From assembly GCA_946184165.1 (NCBI GenBank), contig CAMHEN010000001.1, forward strand, positions 1-59,056: 59,056 bases of DNA, read 5' to 3'. Source of the DNA: an uncultured Clostridia bacterium (lineage in GTDB: Bacteria > Bacillota > Clostridia > Oscillospirales > Oscillospiraceae). The notes beneath the pieces are model-generated. The model made no database searches. It had not been told where the DNA came from and saw only the letters and a program-made list of their open reading frames with translations. How positions within the stretch are numbered: position 1 is the stretch's first letter; each line of letters begins with the position of its first letter. The position numbers and the translations under genes are program-made. This document shows positions 54,115-59,056 of this stretch, piece after piece.

Positions 54115-55167
54115 ATGAAACAATTGAAACATTCTGTGTGCATCTTGCTTGTATTGTCACTGTTTTTGACTCTGAGCGTCTGCGGAAGCGCAAGCGCCGA
54201 GACAAAGCCTGCTGCGAGAGAAGCAGCTGCAGCCGCGTCTGCCAAAGCGGAATTGCCTGTCGAGGGGGAGTATGCGGTCTTTGCCGTGCAGATTGATCGT
54301 TCGCTCGTATATTCAGCCGATCTGGAATTCGCATCCACACTTTTACTGGCGGCGAACGGCACGGGCAGTATGTCACAGAATGATGAAACGATGGATATTA
54401 CCGCATGGACGGCTGACAGGGAGAGCTTTGCGATCACGATGGCAGACGGAAGCTCCGCTGCCGGCAAGGTTCACAGCGGCGTTATCGAGCTTGACATCTA
54501 CGGCAACGGCTATATGATCCTCTTTTACGCGAAAGAAGGCGCCGACATCTCCGGTTATACGCCCATGACGCTGGAGGAATACCGGGCCAAACCGGATTCC
54601 ATGCTCTACGCACTTTGGGCGAGCCTCGATGCAGACGCGGGCGTTCATATGAACTACATCATGCACACGGACTATCTGGACGCGGATCAGAGCTTCGATG
54701 TACATGGAAAAAACGGCGTGTATTATTCCCGCCGAACGACACAGGTATCCGGTTTTGAGAATACGCTTGTGACCTTCTTCCGGGACGGAACGGCGTATAA
54801 TCTTTACCCGGAAGAAATGACCGGAATTGTCGCCACGACAACGACCGCCTCTGCTGTTGCGGAAAACACCATGCTCATGGATCACCTGTTTTCGGAAATC
54901 CGCAGCTATGCGCAGCGGAAGGACTATACTGTGGAGACGCGGGAGATTGACGGTGTTTCCTATACGGTGGAGCTGTTCCCTGCGACGGATTATACCGCTG
55001 AGGCGGCGTTCTGCTTCAACGATGACGGGCAGTTGGTTTTTTGCTTTAAGGCTGCGCCTGCAGTCGAGACCGCAGTGGATATCGGCGAGACGGTTTATAC
55101 AGTCTATACGATCGACGAAGCCGTGAACGAAGCTCTCTTTGATATTTCCGGATATGCGATCGGCTGA
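54115..55167 (+). CDS. Lipoprotein of unknown function
   Basis: MKQLKHSVCILLVLSLFLTLSVCGSASA has a signal peptide and lipobox. AAGGAGG SD. I recognised no motif in the mature part. Confidence 0.75.
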   Translation: MKQLKHSVCILLVLSLFLTLSVCGSASAETKPAAREAAAAASAKAELPVEGEYAVFAVQIDRSLVYSADLEFASTLLLAANGTGSMSQNDETMDITAWTADRESFAITMADGSSAAGKVHSGVIELDIYGNGYMILFYAKEGADISGYTPMTLEEYRAKPDSMLYALWASLDADAGVHMNYIMHTDYLDADQSFDVHGKNGVYYSRRTTQVSGFENTLVTFFRDGTAYNLYPEEMTGIVATTTTASAVAENTMLMDHLFSEIRSYAQRKDYTVETREIDGVSYTVELFPATDYTAEAAFCFNDDGQLVFCFKAAPAVETAVDIGETVYTVYTIDEAVNEALFDISGYAIG

Positions 55168-55241
55168 CAACAAAATAAGACGTGCGCAGGATTGAACTAC
55201 TAACGCTGTACTTGTTCGTATTCAACGAGAGGAGAAAGCAA

Positions 55242-55694
55242 ATGAGAAAACGAGATAAGAAAACAGTCTCGAGGAAAACAACGCTGATTGTCACGGCTGC
55301 GCTTTTTTTCAGTCTGCTTCTGGCCGCATGCGGCGGAAAAAGTCCTTCAGCCACAGATCTGAAGTCCTACCGTGATCTGTCCTGGGAGGGCACGGAATTG
55401 ACCGTTAAGCTCGGCACAAACAAGAGCACAGGCTGCGAGTGGAAAAACGAGTTCGGTGACGACTCCGTCATCGGCTACTCCATCAACCGAAAGTTTACTC
55501 TCTCCGGTAAAGGTGCTGCAAATGGCCAAGCCATCGGAACTCTTTCCGCCGGGTTTGAGGGTAAGAGCAAAGGCACCACGACGATCACCTTTACCACGCC
55601 CTGTGACTGGGAGGGCAACACGCCGGGATACACCTATATCGTTACAGTGGAAGTAGCTGCGGATGGAACGATCATTTCCGCCGCCGGAGAATAA
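55242..55694 (+). CDS. Chagasin/ICP-type (MEROPS I42) peptidase-inhibitor lipoprotein
   Basis: ATG 55242 behind GAGAGGAG. Lipobox LLLAACGG. LGTNKSTGCEW resembles the I42 L.xNPTTGY.W motif, and ...GTTTITFTTPCDWEG resembles its C-terminal RPWE motif. Confidence 0.6.
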   Translation: MRKRDKKTVSRKTTLIVTAALFFSLLLAACGGKSPSATDLKSYRDLSWEGTELTVKLGTNKSTGCEWKNEFGDDSVIGYSINRKFTLSGKGAANGQAIGTLSAGFEGKSKGTTTITFTTPCDWEGNTPGYTYIVTVEVAADGTIISAAGE

Positions 55695-55763
55695 GCGATG
55701 TATCATCATCTGCGGCATAAGCACATGGACTGCTCTGTCCGGATGTTCTGAACAGATATTGCA

Positions 55764-55785
55764 AAAAAGGGATTGTCTCAAAACG
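55764..55785. repeat. Direct repeat copy 1 (AAAAAAGGGATTGTCTCAAAACG)
   Basis: Near-identical to 55931-55953 (AAAAAAGGCGTTGTCTCAAAATA). Confidence 0.7.
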
Positions 55786-55930
55786 TATGTGTGCGCAAAG
55801 TAGTAGGGGCCGATGGCCCAGGCCAGCCTCTCTTGCCCCTTTGGGGCAATTCACCTTCTCCCCGGATCGACCCGCTGAAGCACACGTTTTGTCGCAAAAA
55901 CGGCGTGCCGAAGAGGGCAGAGGGTGAACT

Positions 55931-55953
55931 AAAAAAGGCGTTGTCTCAAAATA
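55931..55953. repeat. Direct repeat copy 2 (AAAAAAGGCGTTGTCTCAAAATA)
   Basis: See copy 1. On the minus strand both copies encode FETxPF peptide stubs within a stop-free frame. Confidence 0.7.
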
Positions 55954-56529
55954 GCTTAGACTGCTATTGAGAAGCAACGCCTCTTTCACTTGAACGGGTT
56001 GTGTAAAAAGCGGCTGGATCAGCTTGCCCTCGGCGGTATTGATTCTTTCCTCCATGGCTTCCCGCTTGCGAGCGAAGCGCTTGAACATATAGACGACTGT
56101 CTTCCAGGTCGTGTCTGTCCGCACTTTTGACGCAGAAAACATATCCACCTTTTACCGGTTCGTCTGGAACATATCCGGCTTTTTTGCCATATGGGTGTTC
56201 ATGGGAACATGTCGTAATACCGGGTTACATATTTCCTCCAAGCTATTCTGCACAGCCCCTGCCGCTCGGCCGGTTGTCGATCATTTTATGCAGCCTGGTC
56301 CATCTGCGCCTGCGTCCTGAACCAGTCTTTCATGATCTCATCCAGGCGCGCATCATCAAAGCAGTCCTGATAGACGGGTATATTCATATCCGCGCCAATT
56401 GCAGCGTCAATAGATCGGCAAGAGGATCGCCGGCAAATTCCGTGATCGTCATTGTCCCCCGTTTCTGGTAAAATAGGAACGGGGGTGTTTTCATGGAGGA
56501 ATGGAGAAAAGGATGCGCGGAGAGATGTG

Positions 56530-56601
56530 GTGTTTACAGATATAGACGCCTTGGTGCCGCAGGAGCATCTACTGAGAAAGATAGATAAAACTATACAGTA
56601 A
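56530..56601 (+). pseudogene. Transposase N-terminal fragment (IS5/IS1182-like DUF772-type motif), truncated
   Basis: The frame reads VFTDIDALVPQEHLLRKIDKTIQ then a stop. The LVPxxHLLRKID motif is typical of the N-termini of IS5/IS1182-group transposases. No transposase body follows. Confidence 0.45.
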
Positions 56602-56916
56602 CAGCGGCAGAAGAGTCTCAATGCGTCTTCAGCCGCTGTTTCTTTCCTGTACAGCTTGAGACAGACGCTCAAAAACGTCTTATCCGAACCTTTACTGGAC
56701 ATTTTTCCTGTAAACTGGTACAATAACCTTGTCTTCGCATCCTCCAAGGAGGATGGAAGCGTATGAATACCCGAGCTTGATATTCAATAAGCGCCGCGTG
56801 AAGACAGCGTTACAGCGGCATCTTCGAAACCCCATGAAATATATGATTGTCATGCTTGTGAAAATTTGGTTGTAAAAAGTATTCTCAATGTCGATTTGAT
56901 CATGTGGGGTATGCGT

Positions 56917-57795
56917 ATGGTTATCAAAGAGATCGAGGTCAAAGATATCCTGACAAAGACAAATCTTCCGGTGTCGGATTATGCGGTCAATCCCTATGTG
57001 GGCTGCACCCACGCCTGCAAATACTGCTATGCCAGCTTCATGAAGCGCTTTACCAACCACCCGGAGCCCTGGGGCGAGTTCGTGGACATCAAGACCTGGC
57101 CGGAGATCCGCAAGCCCGGGAAGTACGCCGGGAAGGAAGCCTTCTTCTGCTCGGTCACTGACCCGTATCAGCCGCTGGAAAAGAAATACGGGCGTACCCG
57201 CGCCCTGCTCGAGCAGCTTCTGGACACCGGGATCAGCATCAGCATCTCCACGAAGTCCGATCTGATCCTGCGGGATCTCGATCTGATCCGACAGTTTCCC
57301 GGCGCCCATGTCTCCTGGTCCATAAACACGCTGGACGAGGACTTCCGGAAGGAGATGGATCGCGCCGTCAGCATTGAGCGGAGGCTGGAGGCCATGCGTC
57401 AGTTTTACGAGGCCGGTATCCAGTCCACCTGTTTCATCTCGCCGATCTTTCCCGGCATCACGGACCCGATCGAGATCATCGAGCGGGTCAAGAGCCAGTG
57501 CAATCTCGTATGGCTGGAGAACCTGAACCTGCGCGGGGATTACAGAAAGCGTATCCTCGATTGGATCCATGAGCATCATCCGGAGCTGGACGAGCTGTAC
57601 CGTGCGATCTATACGAAGAAAAGCCGCGTCTATTGGACAGAGCTGGATCAGAAGATCCGGGCGTACACGGCAAAGGAAGGCATGCTGTATATCCGCGACG
57701 ACGACCAGCATTGCGCGCCCTTCGGCGAATCACCTGTGGTGTGCAACTACTTCTATCATGAGGAGATCACGAAATCGGCGAAGAGGGGGAAATAA
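56917..57795 (+). CDS. Radical SAM protein, SplB/DNA-photolyase-like (COG1533-type)
   Basis: VNPYVGCTHACKYCYA contains the CxxxCxxC motif. The track ORF starts at 56866, and ATG 56911 or 56917 are more likely starts. Confidence 0.8.
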   Translation: MVIKEIEVKDILTKTNLPVSDYAVNPYVGCTHACKYCYASFMKRFTNHPEPWGEFVDIKTWPEIRKPGKYAGKEAFFCSVTDPYQPLEKKYGRTRALLEQLLDTGISISISTKSDLILRDLDLIRQFPGAHVSWSINTLDEDFRKEMDRAVSIERRLEAMRQFYEAGIQSTCFISPIFPGITDPIEIIERVKSQCNLVWLENLNLRGDYRKRILDWIHEHHPELDELYRAIYTKKSRVYWTELDQKIRAYTAKEGMLYIRDDDQHCAPFGESPVVCNYFYHEEITKSAKRGK

Positions 57796-57852
57796 GAGGC
57801 TGGGCGCACGAAGGCGGAAGCAAAGAGCAAAAGCGGAATTTGAGAGGGAACT

Positions 57853-58668
57853 GTGAAAAAAGTATATGTGAACGCCCAGTGGCAGGGCGGATCGGATCTT
57901 GCCACTTTCGACGGGGCCAATGAGCTCATCAAAATGTACCTGGACGGCCTGCATTTTGCGGAGCTGCCTGTCTCGACAGATCCAACGGAGATGGCTGTGA
58001 AGGCAAAGGGGATCAGAGGCTTTGACGTTCTTGGAAGACAAATGCGGTCAGCTTATGCGCGCCTTCGGGAAGATGCCCCGGATCAGATCTTTACGCTGGG
58101 AGGCGGCTGCGACGCGGACGTGCCGGGCATCGTATACATCATGGAAAAATATCGGGGCGATCTCACGCTTATATGGCTCGACGCACACGGAGACCTGAAT
58201 ACGCCGGGGGAGTCTGCCACATCTCTGTTTTACGGGATGCCGCTGCGCTCCCTCATGGATGATACCTGCTTTGGGCTTTCGGAGAACAGATTCCCATTGC
58301 GAGCTTCCCAGATCATACATATAGGCGGCAGAGATCTTGACCGTTTGGAAACGGAGTTTATAGAAAGCTCCGGGCTGTCCGCCTATACCGTCCGGGACAT
58401 TCGTGCAGATGAGGCATGGGCGCGCAAAACAGCCGGAGAGCTTCAATCGGAGCATATTTACCTGCACCTGGATCTGGACGTCATAGATCCAGCGGAGTTT
58501 CCGAACACTCCGCTTCCGGTTGGCGGCGGCTTGCATTGTGGGGAAGTGTGCGGCATCCTTGAGGCGTTTGCCGACAAGCTGGTCGGTCTGGGCATTTATG
58601 AATATGCCCCCTCCGGAACAAGAGACACTTTCATTGAAAAGCTGATCCGATTTGGCTTGACCTTTTAG
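57853..58668 (+). CDS. Arginase/ureohydrolase-family protein (substrate unknown)
   Basis: Motifs LDAHGDLN, HLDLDVIDP, PVGGGL. GTG start behind GAGAGGGA. The first metal-ligand motif reads GGGCDAD instead of GGDHS. Confidence 0.75.
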   Translation: MKKVYVNAQWQGGSDLATFDGANELIKMYLDGLHFAELPVSTDPTEMAVKAKGIRGFDVLGRQMRSAYARLREDAPDQIFTLGGGCDADVPGIVYIMEKYRGDLTLIWLDAHGDLNTPGESATSLFYGMPLRSLMDDTCFGLSENRFPLRASQIIHIGGRDLDRLETEFIESSGLSAYTVRDIRADEAWARKTAGELQSEHIYLHLDLDVIDPAEFPNTPLPVGGGLHCGEVCGILEAFADKLVGLGIYEYAPSGTRDTFIEKLIRFGLTF

Positions 58669-58789
58669 AATACGGCACGCCGGGTAGCGGCGCTTGATCG
58701 TGCAAGTCCCGGCGATCCAACAGGGCCGGAAAGAAAAGAAGGAGTCACAACATGAAACACGAATGCAAGATCACGGCGCTGTACATATT

Positions 58790-59056
58790 TTATAACTCGT
58801 AAATCTGCCGCAGCCGCTCCGGCATAGAAGCGAACATCATCTGCACGATCACATCGGCGGGGGTGATGTTGTCCTGCAGCACCCACTCCCGGGTCATGCC
58901 AACCGTCCCGTAGCAGTACAAGCGGATGCTGTATTTCGTCTGGGTGTCAAGTTGTTCGACGCCCAGCTTTTCTTTGGCAAGTCTGGTGTACCGATCCGCA
59001 AAGTATTCCAGCATGTACTGCCAGAGCGCGTTCTGGGAGGAATCCTCATAGGCCCG
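58790..59056 (-). CDS. TetR/AcrR-family regulator, C-terminal domain only (N-terminus beyond the window edge)
   Basis: The frame is open to the right edge (RAYEDSSQNALWQYMLEYFADRY...YGTVGMTREWVLQD...). It resembles the DhaS-like TetR C-terminal domain. Confidence 0.55.
   Translation of the reverse strand, partial: RAYEDSSQNALWQYMLEYFADRYTRLAKEKLGVEQLDTQTKYSIRLYCYGTVGMTREWVLQDNITPADVIVQMMFASMPERLRQIYEL

Noticed and set aside
58752-58802. A 16-codon ORF, MKHECKITALYIFYNS, with an AAGGAG SD
   Set aside because: It is very short, overlaps the convergent TetR stop region, and there is no way to judge conservation. I treat it as chance.
1-59056. CRISPR arrays, rRNA or tRNA genes, prophage or defence-system gene clusters
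   Set aside because: I saw no regularly spaced direct repeats, no rRNA or tRNA signatures, and no ORFs with nuclease, helicase, methylase or phage structural motifs.

Overview
A 59-kb, roughly 60% GC chromosomal segment from a spore-forming Clostridia genome. The taxon is an inference from an intact pro-sigma-K gene, gene content and SD-type ribosome sites; it is probably Oscillospirales-like. I found no rRNA, tRNA or CRISPR array. Coding density is high, and the many long antisense ORFs in the track are GC artefacts.

Left to right:
- 1-8.6 kb, minus strand: a cell-envelope block with an edge-cut lipoprotein, two DUF218/YdcF genes flanking a GT-C-like membrane protein, an ABC-F ATPase, a class-B PBP and an FHA-domain::SEDS (RodA/FtsW) fusion.
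- 8.8-23 kb, plus strand: housekeeping genes. These are NusG_II plus a Gx transporter, Mrp/NBP35 plus a NifX-like protein, sigK, a VanY-like carboxypeptidase, uvrB, polA, rimI, tsaD, radC, rpe, recR and RNase J.
- 23-30.5 kb, minus strand: a split methionine synthase operon (activation domain, MetH core, MetF) and a TRAP transporter with a cupin.
- 31.3-34.3 kb: a lysine riboswitch driving an amino-acid ABC importer.
- 34.4-35.6 kb: yebC bracketed by 37-nt inverted repeats.
- 35.7-37.5 kb: a hydrolase, a flavodoxin-like FMN reductase and a small putative lipoprotein.
- 37.6-45 kb: the most interesting block. A translationally coupled operon encodes a cytoplasmic molybdopterin oxidoreductase of unknown substrate, NuoE-like and NuoF-like subunits, and an [FeFe]-hydrogenase-like protein that has lost its H-cluster ligands. 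It is preceded by an NTPase-moeA pair, and mobA lies at 51.4 kb.
- 45.6-50.6 kb: a lipoprotein family-5 solute-binding protein coupled to a dCache-HAMP-GGDEF(degenerate)-EAL-PAS membrane protein, an NspS/MbaA-like logic.
- 52-56.8 kb: an accessory patch with a 620-aa double-HTH regulator, a perfect 13-bp inverted-repeat operator, an unknown lipoprotein, a chagasin-type (I42) peptidase-inhibitor lipoprotein and decayed IS remnants.
- Right end: a radical-SAM SplB-like protein, an arginase-family protein and an edge-cut TetR regulator.

All functional calls come from my own reading of motifs in the translated ORFs. No database search was run.
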